DNA from: Planctomycetota bacterium
GTDB lineage: Bacteria; Planctomycetota; Planctomycetia; JALXBF01
Length of the DNA: 55,891 nt
Assembly: GCA_026991575.1 (NCBI GenBank)
Contig: JALXBF010000104.1
Coordinates: 1-55,891, forward strand
Reading direction: 5' to 3'
The notes under the pieces are model-generated. The model had not been told where the DNA came from and ran no database searches. It saw nothing but the letters and a program-made list of their open reading frames with translations. Numbering within the stretch: the first letter of the stretch is position 1; each line of letters begins with the position of its first letter. This document shows, in pieces, positions 29,354-38,758 of the stretch. A program made the translations under genes and the position numbers.

Positions 29354-30643
29354 ATGTCGTGCAAAGACGTAGTGGTGCTCATCGTGCTGTGGCTGTGCGT
29401 CGGCGTAGCTTTGGCTGGCGACACGCCGCCTCGTAACGCAGAAGAGGGTGCAAACGCGAGCAAAGAGGGACTTGCGCTGATCCGCACGTGGCTGGCGCTT
29501 GCCGAGGAGCCGCCTTACACGACGTACCGGTTCAAGAAGAAGGAGTGGCTGGCCGAGTCGGTCGAGGCGGCTCTCGCGGGGAAGTGGGAGGAAAATCCGT
29601 ACGAGGGGCTCCAAGAAGGTCTGGTGTATACGCACCGCGGACTGCTTTGGTTCCACCGAGAGCAACAGAGGTCAAAGAAGTGGTGGCGGTCGGAAAGGAA
29701 GCATCAGACGGCCGGGGGTGCGTTTCTCGTCAGCGGCGCGGGAACGGGTCACGAACTCCGTACGGTGCTTGCGGGAAATGGATTCGCACTGGGGACGACG
29801 GTCCGCAAGGACGCACCACAATACGCATGGGCTAACTCATGGCGGCTTGCGCGAGCGGATGGGTGGCGTTGGGCAATGACGGAATGGCGGGATGATCCCA
29901 TGCAGATCGGAACGATCGCGCACTCGATCGTGAAGCTGGTGCAACACATTCTAGAACATGGGGAGCTAACCGCTGAGCCGGTCCACACGGCAAATGGACA
30001 CCAGTGGCGGGTTGTGAACATGGCCCTCAAGCAGGAGTTCCGAGGTCGAGACTGGGAGGAGCACCTTCGGATGGTCTTCGACGTGTGCTGCCCGGGACCG
30101 CCGCGAGAAGTGGAAAGGGTAGGGGGCGTCGATGGGCGACGGAACCAGAGCTGGGTTCGCGTGGAGCAGGTCACGGGACTGGACAGCGGAATTGCGGTGC
30201 CCACCCGGGTAGTGTGGATCTGGACGACCAGAGGGATTGAGCCAGACCACCCGTTGGCCGGCAAAGTGCGGGTGGCGGTGAGAGAATTCACGGAAATCGG
30301 CACCGCGCCGCCGGATCCTAGCGTGTTTGCAGTGACCCTTGAACAGGGCGTCATTGTGCGCTGTGACCACGAGCCGCCACACAGCATTGTTGTCGCCAAG
30401 AAACGAGTGGTGCGGCCGGAGGACCTTGGAAAGCTCGCCCAGGAAATCTGTGGCAGCGCTCCTCCCGGTGCTGGGCCCAGCGTAGCGGCTGCAAGTGTGC
30501 CTCCCATATCAGATACGGCCCTGGAGAAGTCAGAAAATCCACGTACTCGCTCGCTGCGTTGGTTCGCGCTGGCATTGGCCGCGCTGGCGGCCGCGTGGCT
30601 GCTGATCGCGTGGTACCGCAGTCGCCTGGCCGCCGATACCTAG
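29354..30643 (+). CDS. Exported protein with C-terminal membrane anchor
   Basis: GAGGAG RBS, signal peptide ending ALA-G, beta-rich body, C-terminal WFALALAALAAAWLLIAW-YRSR. Confidence 0.8.
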   Translation: MSCKDVVVLIVLWLCVGVALAGDTPPRNAEEGANASKEGLALIRTWLALAEEPPYTTYRFKKKEWLAESVEAALAGKWEENPYEGLQEGLVYTHRGLLWFHREQQRSKKWWRSERKHQTAGGAFLVSGAGTGHELRTVLAGNGFALGTTVRKDAPQYAWANSWRLARADGWRWAMTEWRDDPMQIGTIAHSIVKLVQHILEHGELTAEPVHTANGHQWRVVNMALKQEFRGRDWEEHLRMVFDVCCPGPPREVERVGGVDGRRNQSWVRVEQVTGLDSGIAVPTRVVWIWTTRGIEPDHPLAGKVRVAVREFTEIGTAPPDPSVFAVTLEQGVIVRCDHEPPHSIVVAKKRVVRPEDLGKLAQEICGSAPPGAGPSVAAASVPPISDTALEKSENPRTRSLRWFALALAALAAAWLLIAWYRSRLAADT

Positions 30644-30940
30644 CCGGTGTTCCCAGGACGCGTGCGGTTTGACCGTGTGCGTAGCCGAGCCGTGCCCGGT
30701 CCCGCAACCCGTGGCCCTGTGCGCCGCACGCGGCGCCACGACAGGCAGCGTTCGGAACGGGGGCAGGCCGGCAACTGTCACTGAGCGACAGCTCCCTGCA
30801 TTGCGAGGCTGAGGCTGTGCGACATCGCGTGACGGCGGTCTCCGACCGGTTGCGGCCATTCTGAGCGGGCCCGAATCAGCGGTCGTAAACCGCCTGGTGC
30901 ACTGTTCGTATGGACGAGTGGTGCGCGGAGGGACAGCACC

Positions 30941-32752
30941 GTGTGGCGCTGGACGGCGACTTGGGACGGCTTTGTCGCGGCGCTACTGCTGGCAGGCCAG
31001 GCCATGCTGCTGTGGTGGGCAGCACGCAGCGACTCGCCCACCGAGCTGGAATTGCTCTACTTCAGCAACGGGCTGCACTGCTGGTACACCGGCAGCAATG
31101 AGCAATTCCACCAGAATCCGCCGCTTGGAAAGTTGCTTGTTGCTGCCGCGGGAGCCTGGCGAGGAGTGGCACGGGACGCCATACTCGATAACGAACGACG
31201 CAGGCTTCGGCTCGCGCCCAGGCAGGTCCTCGCGCGGGTGATCGGAGAGTATCCAGAGACACAGGGCAGGGCGACCATCGAAGCAATCTTCCGTGCCCGC
31301 GTCCTGCTTGCCATGGCAGCTGTGGTCGCCGGTGCTCTGCTGTATGTGTGGTTGCGTCGCCGAGTCGGTGCGCTTCCGGCCCTGGCGGCTTGCGCTTTGT
31401 GGAGCTTCAGCCCGATATTGCTGACCGCCATGCATCTAGCCGCCGCCGACGGCTGGGCCACAGTGATTGCCCTGCTGTCGGTGCTGGCCATGGGAAGCTA
31501 CCTGGAGCGACCCACCTGGGCAAACGCCCTGTGCGTAGGGGTGCTGCTGGGCGCGGGACTGGCAATCAAATTCACACTATTGGTGCTGATTCCCGTCTGG
31601 CTCTGCATACAAGCAGTGTGTTGGTTTCAAGAGAGGGCAGCCGCCCTCGGACTCGCCGCACACACCCTGGCCGTCCTAGCACTTTGCTGGTTCATCCTGG
31701 CACTGGCCTATCGATTCGAAGGGGTGGGCCAGGCGCCACCGATCGAAGAATTCCGCGCAGCGACCACCTGGGCCTACATCGGTAGCCGCGACGCCGAGGG
31801 ACCTTCCCTGGGGTGGCGCATCATTTCCCGTTTGCTGCCCAACCACTTCCTGCTGGGTCTGGATACGCAGGCGTACAACTTCGAAATGATCCCCGACTGG
31901 TCGCGCGTTTGGGGAAGATGGTATCAGGTGGGCCCCATTCACTACTACGTATCGCACCTGTTAATGAAGGACGCGGTTGGGTTTGCAGCGGTGTGGATTG
32001 CTACGCTGATCGTCGCTGCGCTCCTGTGCGTTCGCGGGCCGTTCCTTCCTGCTAACGCGGTTGCGTGGCTGCCTGCCGCCCTTGCCGGAGGAGCCCTTCT
32101 ACTGGTCGTATCGGTCGAGGGACGCTATATGGACCTGCGCTACGCCTTCCCAGCGCTCGGTGCTGTGCTCCCGGTTTTCGGGTGGTGGGTTGCCAGGGGC
32201 GACCGGAAGACAGCCGTAGCCGCAATCGTACTGCTAAGCTTAGGTCTAGCCGAAGTTGCGCCCCATTGGCCGCGGTTCGTTGGCTTCTGTTCTTTGCTCA
32301 TCGGCGGCCCAGGCGATCCCTGGCAGTTGGCGGACCCAAAAGTCACCGCCCGTGGCCAGGATTACTTCCGGCTCCGACGCTGGCTGACGCAACATTCCGA
32401 GAAGGATGGCATTACTCATATTCACCTCTGGCAGCATTACCCACAGGCTACGTTGCCTAGAACAATCTGCAAGCTGGGGCTGTCGCGAGGACCAACGGTG
32501 GCCGCCGTCCGCTCAGAGCATACCCCCGTGTTTCCCGGCTGGCACGCCGTGGACCGCCGGGTCCTGGAGAGACTCGCCTGGGAACAGCAACTGGCGGCAG
32601 AGGCTCAGCCGTTGGCGGTTCCGAGAGGGGCAGGCGACTTCGCACGACTGGTACCGCGATACACGGTCGGCGACTCGTTGTTGGTCTACCGTGTCGACAT
32701 GGAAGATCTTTCCAAAGTGTCGGCTACTATCGCGGACGACCGCCCCAATTAA
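30941..32752 (+). CDS. GT39/ArnT-like (GT-C) membrane glycosyltransferase
   Basis: SPT..E, QNPPLGKLL, LWSFSPILL, LAIKFT, HYYV..LLMK, RYAFP and GQD motifs with many TM helices. Confidence 0.85.
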   Translation: MWRWTATWDGFVAALLLAGQAMLLWWAARSDSPTELELLYFSNGLHCWYTGSNEQFHQNPPLGKLLVAAAGAWRGVARDAILDNERRRLRLAPRQVLARVIGEYPETQGRATIEAIFRARVLLAMAAVVAGALLYVWLRRRVGALPALAACALWSFSPILLTAMHLAAADGWATVIALLSVLAMGSYLERPTWANALCVGVLLGAGLAIKFTLLVLIPVWLCIQAVCWFQERAAALGLAAHTLAVLALCWFILALAYRFEGVGQAPPIEEFRAATTWAYIGSRDAEGPSLGWRIISRLLPNHFLLGLDTQAYNFEMIPDWSRVWGRWYQVGPIHYYVSHLLMKDAVGFAAVWIATLIVAALLCVRGPFLPANAVAWLPAALAGGALLLVVSVEGRYMDLRYAFPALGAVLPVFGWWVARGDRKTAVAAIVLLSLGLAEVAPHWPRFVGFCSLLIGGPGDPWQLADPKVTARGQDYFRLRRWLTQHSEKDGITHIHLWQHYPQATLPRTICKLGLSRGPTVAAVRSEHTPVFPGWHAVDRRVLERLAWEQQLAAEAQPLAVPRGAGDFARLVPRYTVGDSLLVYRVDMEDLSKVSATIADDRPN

Positions 32753-32983
32753 CGGCTCCGGCCGATCCGCGGCGTAAGCAAACCCGAGTGCAGCGGCCAG
32801 TCCTGTCTGTTCAAGGGGGGCGTTTCAGCATTTGCAGCACTCGGGATTAGCCTGGGCGTTAGTTCGGCGTCGCGTGGTCGGTTGGGCGCGTGCCTGTGCG
32901 GTTTCGGTGACAGGCGAACCGGAGACAAACGGATTGGGCTGCCTACGTCGAACGGGCCGGGGGCCATTATGGCCCTGCCCCCA

Positions 32984-33760
32984 GTGCGCGCCGGAGCGCG
33001 CCCGTTCGACGAGGTAGAAGTCCTCGCCCGGGTATGGTGTGGACCCTGCGACCGAACGTGACTGGGTGCTTGCGACCGGGGGTGGACAGCGGCAACCCCC
33101 GGCGAGGGGATGGGCAAACCGAGCCGGTAGCTTGCGTTGATGGCCGGCAGGGGAGCTATATGCCCCCGCTGCCGCGAAATTGATTGGATAGCGCGGGCGC
33201 ATCTCCAAGAGATTTTGATTTTTTGCCTTCCCGGCCGCGGGCGGGTCGATCCCGCCCGCAGCTCGGGTGGTGCGGTTCGCTTGGGCTGGCGGTGAGCACA
33301 AGCAGACATGGCTTAAGTCCGGCACGAGCGCGCATCCACCGCAGCGACGCCGCGAACGGCGGTCCGCTTGGTCCCCAGCGGACCGGGACAAACCAGAGCA
33401 TTGAACCGACAGGAGAAGCGGGCTATCAGGTGTCAGAGGGTCACAAGTAAGCGAGGCAGCGGGGTAATGGCCGTGGAGCGAAGGGACCCAGGAAGGTGGA
33501 TGCGTGGAGAACAGAGCTACGGAAGTGACCCCACCGTCAGTGCCCGAGAGGGCTAGACAAGGTGGAGAGACGGTACTTCCGGGGACGGGAGTGCGCGTCA
33601 AACCGTGGGGCTGGACGAAGCGCATGGCAAGGGCTTCCGCCAGAGTGGGCGGAGGGGCTGAACGCACCCTCTTCTCAGCAGTCAGCACATCGGATCGTTG
33701 TCCGAGAGCCGCTCGAAGTGCTCCGCAGCCACCGGACCGGCTGTGGCCGGAGCCGACCGT
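32984..33760 (+). mobile_element. Degenerate, internally deleted group II intron
   Basis: GTGCG 5' end. GAGGTAGAAGTCCTC and GACCGAA..ACTG DI-like motifs. GGGGTAATGGCCGTGGAGCGAAGGG DIII-like. IEP start VPERARQGGET...WTKRM with no RT core. Confidence 0.6.
33231..33267. repeat. REP-like GC palindrome, copy 1
   Basis: GCCGCGGGCGGG-TCGAT-CCCGCCCGCAGC, near-identical to 42355..42391. Confidence 0.65.
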
Positions 33761-33877
33761 GTGCTCGGAAACTCCGAACGCCCACGCTCAGCGACGCCCT
33801 TCGCGCGGCCCTTCGGCGCAACACACGGCCAGAATGGCTACAATGCGGCACAGTGCCGGTTCAAGCGGGAGCCGCTC

Positions 33878-35284
33878 ATGCAACGTCTTCCGACCGTGAC
33901 TGCCTTCGTTCTGGTCTCGATTGCCACCGTTGCCAGCGCCGCTGCTGATGACGGCATCCGACCCTACCGGCAGAACCCCTGGTACTGGCAATACCACGGC
34001 GAGCCTGTCCTTCTACTGGGCGGTAGCAAAGACGACAACCTGTTCCAGATTCCCGATCTGGTCGAACACCTGGACGAGATCGCCGCCGTCGGCGGCAACT
34101 ATGTGCGAAACACGATGAGCGACCGGCGGATCGGCGGATTCGAAGTCTACCCGTTCGCGCAACTGCCCAGTGGCAAGTACGACCTCAACCAGTGGAACCC
34201 GGAGTACTGGGCTCGCTTCGAACGGCTGCTGGCTGAAACGCACAAGCGGAAGATCTTCGTCCAGATCGAAGTGTGGGACCGGTTCGATTACGTTCGGGAA
34301 CACTGGGAGAACAGTCCCTACAACCCAAAGAACAACGTGAACTACACATACGCCGAAAGCGGCTTTCGCCGTCACTACCTGGAGCACCCCGGGCAGAACC
34401 GACAGCCGTTCTTCTTCACCACGCCACTGCAACGCAACAACCGCGTCGTGCTGCCGTTCCAGGAGCGATTCGTGCGCAAGCTGCTTGCCCATTCGCTCAA
34501 CTACGACCATGTCCTCTACTGCATCGATAACGAAACGTCCGGAGATCCGGCCTGGGCAGCGTACTGGGCCCGGTTCATCAAACGAGAAGCAGCCAGACGG
34601 AACAAGACCGTCTACGTCACCGAAATGTGGGACGCCTGGGACCTGCGTTCCCCCCAGCACCGCCGCACGTTCGACCATCCTGAGTTGTACGACTACGTGG
34701 ACGTGTCGCAGAACAACCATCAGAAGGACCAGGTGCACTGGGACCGTTTCCAATGGGCTCGGCGATACCTCATGCGTGCACGGGTCCGTCCGATGAATAC
34801 CGTCAAGACGTACGGAGCCGACGGTGGCCGCTTCGGTAACAGCCGCGATGGCATCGAACGATGGTGGCGATCGCTGATAGGGGGTGCGGCTGCTGTCCGG
34901 TTCCATCGTCCGCCGTCGGGGCTGGGACTGAGCGACCCGGCTAAGGCGTGCATCCGTACCGCTCGCGTGATCGAACGATTGGTGCCATTCTGGGACTTGA
35001 GCCCGGAGCTTCGCCTGCTGGCCGACCGCGATCCGGATGAGGCCTATCTGGCCGCATCACCCGGGCATGCCTATGTGGTCTACTTCCCCGATGGCGGTGC
35101 CGTGCGGTTGGACCTCACCAAACACCCGGGACGATACGAGTTACACTGGCTCGACGTGCTCGCTGCCCGGCGCGCAGCCACGCAACGCGTTGAGGGTGGG
35201 CGGCAGATACCGCTTGAACCACCTGCGAATGGCCATTGGGTAGCGGTCGTTGTACGACAGCATCTGCCGCGACGGAGTGAGTGA
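33878..35284 (+). CDS. Secreted glycoside-hydrolase-like TIM-barrel protein with C-terminal putative collagen-binding-type domain
   Basis: Signal peptide, YWQYHGEPVLLLGGS, IDNET, C-terminal YVVYFPDGGAVRLDL...PPANGHWVAVV. Confidence 0.8.
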   Translation: MQRLPTVTAFVLVSIATVASAAADDGIRPYRQNPWYWQYHGEPVLLLGGSKDDNLFQIPDLVEHLDEIAAVGGNYVRNTMSDRRIGGFEVYPFAQLPSGKYDLNQWNPEYWARFERLLAETHKRKIFVQIEVWDRFDYVREHWENSPYNPKNNVNYTYAESGFRRHYLEHPGQNRQPFFFTTPLQRNNRVVLPFQERFVRKLLAHSLNYDHVLYCIDNETSGDPAWAAYWARFIKREAARRNKTVYVTEMWDAWDLRSPQHRRTFDHPELYDYVDVSQNNHQKDQVHWDRFQWARRYLMRARVRPMNTVKTYGADGGRFGNSRDGIERWWRSLIGGAAAVRFHRPPSGLGLSDPAKACIRTARVIERLVPFWDLSPELRLLADRDPDEAYLAASPGHAYVVYFPDGGAVRLDLTKHPGRYELHWLDVLAARRAATQRVEGGRQIPLEPPANGHWVAVVVRQHLPRRSE

Positions 35285-35340
35285 TCCGAACCGGCAACGG
35301 AACCAGTCGAGGAACGGCCAGAGGGGCGGCGGTCTTGAGT

Positions 35341-36002
35341 GTGGAAGTCTTTGTCAGCGTTCAAACGGTCAGCGAACCTCGCCTGCCCGCGCGCTACCGC
35401 TGCATCGTGGACGTGAACAACCCACGGCGCGGCAGTCTCGGCGCCGCTTCGCTCCGACCGGTTGCGCTGGTGCAAGGTCTGGTTCGGCCGCTGCGGTGTC
35501 CGTAGAGTGTCGCTCTGGGGGGATGGACCTTCGCGGCAAACGGCCAATGAAGTGCAGGTCGACCATCTGGCCGCTTCACTCGACGTTCAGTTCGTGAAGC
35601 TGGGGTTTTCGGTGGTGGTGGTGGTGGTGGAGATATGCACGTCGGTGAAGCTGTTGGACCTGATCTGTGAGACGGTGGTCCGGATCCGGCGTGCCAACCG
35701 GCACGTGGCGATCACGCTGGGGGGGGGTGCCGACTACCACCGGTGTGCCGCCCCAGCTGCCGGGGCAGCTGGTGGAGCTAGCCGCGCTGTGTGGGGCCGA
35801 CTGCGTGCTGGGGGACCCGTACGAGAAGCGTCCGAACGAATCGCTGGTTACGCGCTTGACGCGGCAAGAGCTGCACCATCTGCGCTACTGCTGCAGGGCC
35901 TTCGCCCTCCGCTTCGCGGTAGCGGGCAATCTGCAGCCGGGGCATGAGCTTCTGTTGAAGAACGTGCAACCGCGCACTATGTCGGGTTTCGCTCCGCACT
36001 GA
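35341..36002 (+). pseudogene. mfnB: MfnB/DUF556-like (4-HFC-P synthase) pseudogene
   Basis: Three frames give VFVSVQTVSE..IVDVNNPRRGSLGAA..P*SVALG / VQFVKLGF..ADYHR / ADCVLGDPYEK..SLV..AVAGNL, colinear with MfnB. One stop and at least 2 frameshifts. Confidence 0.7.
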
Positions 36003-36284
36003 CCCGGACCCGTTGCCGCCGCAGCACGCTGGACGAGCACCGGCTTGCCTCTCTGTGCGAGATGTTGTTCGCTACCCGCCAGGTTCTGCGAGCGTCACAG
36101 TCTGTCCGAAAACGCTTGGCGCACACAAGTGCCTGCTCCTGAGGGGGTTGTGGTAGGCGGCCACAACCTCCCTACGCAGGGAGGCGTCGCAAGGACGCAT
36201 GCTATCGCTGTCCGGAACCAATTGTGCCGTTGGTCGACGTGGTTGTGCGGTCCCTGGGCGTTGGGCAGCGGTCTGGCGCGGGTT

Positions 36285-37045
36285 GACGGGGTTGTCCGGC
36301 AACATCGCTGAGGCCGATCTGTGATTCGATCTCGTACCGGATCCCCGCGGGCTGCCAGTGGAAAGCCATTCCAGCCACCGACGAGCTGGCTAACGGGAGC
36401 ACGGCACCCGAGTGGTTCAAGAGATGGGCGGAGGCTGAGGTGTTCGCGTTGTTGCACCTCGTGGCGGTGGGGTTGTGCGTGGAGGGCGGCCGGGCGCCGC
36501 TGCATCGGCAAGGGATCGACAGCACCGTGGGCCGGCATTCTGTGGGAACTCCTGTACGCCATCAAGCCGCAGGCTTCGGCGAGGGTTCGACTGCCTCCCC
36601 TGGTGCGGAGGCCGTTGGGATGCGAGGGCTGCGGCCCATGGTGGACCGAGCCAAGGAGGGGATGAAGGTTTCGTCGGTGGTGGTGGTGATGGATGAGGCG
36701 GCTGTACCGCTGGCGGGCCATGTTGCTGGGGCGAACATCGGGAACTCTTAGCTGCTCGGCGCGACGTCGGCGGAGTTGGCTGGTCCAGTGTTGGGCGCGT
36801 TGGCCCAGGGCAAGAAACGACCTGAGATGGTCGCAGACAAGGCCTATGACTACGGCCAGGCACGTGAGCAAGCAGCCGTCTACGGCTTCATGCTGCGCTT
36901 CGCCAAGCGGCGTGACTGCCCCAAGCGGCCGCCGAAGAAGGTGCGTCGAGTGGGGTCCAACACGGAACGTGCTTTGGCCTGGCTGAAGTTGTTCCTGGGC
37001 GTACGCCCATGCTCGGCCGGTAAGCGGTGCACCGATCTAGCTTAG
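36285..37045 (+). mobile_element. IS5-family transposase relic
   Basis: DSISYRIPAGCQWKAIP, WFKRWAEAEVF, GMKVS..VMDEAAVPL..VAGAN, ADKAYD and ERALAWLK, broken by stops and frameshifts. Confidence 0.8.
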
Positions 37046-37339
37046 ATGGCCTCGCCAAGAAGCTCGTCCGTGCGATCGGCCCTTGTTGGGGTAGTGCGCA
37101 TCTGCCTGTTTGCTACTTGCGTTTGCGCCTTCAGCTCAACCCTATCGGGCGCCAGTCCTCTAGCCTTCTGGGAGCCGTCTCTACTTTGAGGACCAGCCTC
37201 CGGACCCGGCGACTGAATGCGCTGGCCTAGACCGCCCTTCGCCACCGTCCAGTGACCTGAAGACGCGCTTTCCCCCAGTCGGCACAAAGAATGCCCGGAC
37301 AGTTTCTAAACCCGGCGCGTGACACTGGCGTGTTCCGCG

Positions 37340-37373
37340 AACAAAAAGAGGCCGTCCCAGATGGGACAGCCTC
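37340..37373 (-). terminator. Rho-independent terminator of PEP-CTERM gene A
   Basis: Minus strand GAGGCTGTCCCA-TC-TGGGACGGCCTC followed by TTTTTGTT. Confidence 0.8.
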
Positions 37374-37406
37374 GGAAGCATTAGGCGTTCGATCGGGCTA
37401 AAGCGG

Positions 37407-38255
37407 TTAGCTGACCCGGCGACGCCTCAGGTACGTAGCGCCGGCCGCACCGATCAGCCCCCAGAGTGCGAAGGTGGCCGGTTCCGGCGCGGCGTTGATC
37501 CGGAAATTCGACAGGTCACTGAAGTCGTATCCGTTGGCACCTGGCGCGAAGATCGTGCCTTCGAGCGAGACTTCTACCGAGTGGGTCACGCCGCCCAGGT
37601 CAGTCACAGTTACCGGAATGTAGATAACGCTGGGGCTGTTGCCGTAGGAACCGGACGCGTCCATCACGGTGAAGCCGCCTCGCTCGTTGTTGGCGCCGAC
37701 GCCGAGATCAGCCTCGAAGAAGTCCTCCGGCCCAACCAAACCAAGTGTAGCCTCATACTGATAGCCCACATTGAACGCATTGCCGGCAGCGAAGACGTTC
37801 GGGTCAATTACAGGCGACACCGGGTTGGGTCCGGAGATCACTACTGCGATCTCGTCTTGCCCAAGGGTACCCGTCCGGCCATTCTTCGGGTGGAGAGCCG
37901 GAGGCAAGAGGTCTAGCAGATCGTGGCTGTCGGTGTCGTTGTAATCTAGCGTGTACCGGGTGCCGCTTTGGGAAACGATCTTGGCCGAGAAGACGATGAC
38001 AATGCGATTGGGCTGCAGCCCGTACCCGTTCGGGTCTGGGTTCACGCCGGAGATAGCCACCCAGCCGTAAATGACGTCGCCGACCGTCACGCTGCCGCTG
38101 GAGTCCAGGTCGTCTAGCAGAGCTCTACTAGTATCGGTCAGTTCGTCTTCGACACCGTCTGCGACCACATAGGTGTCGACCATGCCGGCCTGAGCAGGCG
38201 ACACCAACCACGCAATGAACGCGAATGAGACGGCAGAACACAGTAGTTTCCGCAT
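37407..38255 (-). CDS. PEP-CTERM sorting-domain surface protein A
   Basis: Signal peptide ending AQA. C-terminal APEPATFALWGLIGAAGATYLRRRR. GGAGGT RBS. Confidence 0.93.
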   Translation of the reverse strand: MRKLLCSAVSFAFIAWLVSPAQAGMVDTYVVADGVEDELTDTSRALLDDLDSSGSVTVGDVIYGWVAISGVNPDPNGYGLQPNRIVIVFSAKIVSQSGTRYTLDYNDTDSHDLLDLLPPALHPKNGRTGTLGQDEIAVVISGPNPVSPVIDPNVFAAGNAFNVGYQYEATLGLVGPEDFFEADLGVGANNERGGFTVMDASGSYGNSPSVIYIPVTVTDLGGVTHSVEVSLEGTIFAPGANGYDFSDLSNFRINAAPEPATFALWGLIGAAGATYLRRRRVS

Positions 38256-38343
38256 AGGAAGTCACCTCCACTTCGTTGCTAGATCGCACCAAAAAACGCC
38301 GTGACGAACACTGGGAATGGCCCACTAGTCACGCGGAAGCGAC

Positions 38344-38709
38344 CTAGCACCGCGGCGGAGGTGTGGGTGGACGCTGAGCGCACGGGAACACAGGAAGATT
38401 GCCGGTAGACAGGAAGCGGAACGCTGTGCGCGTCTCGGTCCCGTTTGAGCGGAGGAGGGTTGCGTCGGTCGGGACGGCAACGTTCCCTGAACACGACAGG
38501 CGTGGAACCGGTTGGCTCGAGACAACGGGATGTTGGCCAGATGTGTCCGGTAGGGAGAGGGACACGGGGCGTGAATCTACCACGCCCTGGGCCGTCCCAT
38601 CGGGCTGTCCCAGGGACCGAGTAGCCAAAACCCCACCCGCCGCACGATCAGCAATCGCGACCGCGGCGAGAATCGCCCAGCTTGTGAGCAACCAGGTTCT
38701 TGTCATCAC
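38344..38709 (-). CDS. Small leader-like ORF with signal peptide and C-terminal PPTPPPR
   Basis: MTRTWLLTSWAILAAVAIADRAAG signal-like N-terminus. Lies between a sigma70 promoter and PEP-CTERM A. Confidence 0.6.
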   Translation of the reverse strand: MMTRTWLLTSWAILAAVAIADRAAGGVLATRSLGQPDGTAQGVVDSRPVSLSLPDTSGQHPVVSSQPVPRLSCSGNVAVPTDATLLRSNGTETRTAFRFLSTGNLPVFPCAQRPPTPPPRC

Positions 38710-38729
38710 CTCGTGCCCTGCGCATCTTC

Positions 38730-38758
38730 AGATTAGCCGGCTGTCCTCCGCCTGTCAA
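38730..38758 (-). promoter_or_regulatory. Candidate sigma70 promoter
   Basis: TTGACA-17 nt-TAATCT on the minus strand, about 20 nt upstream of ORF 38709. Confidence 0.65.

Noticed and set aside
32747..32864. attC-like imperfect inverted repeat AATTAAC...GTTAGTT overlapping the GT39 stop codon
   Set aside because: The core sites deviate from RYYYAAC/GTTRRRY, no integron integrase is present and no series of similar sites was seen. More likely an ordinary hairpin.
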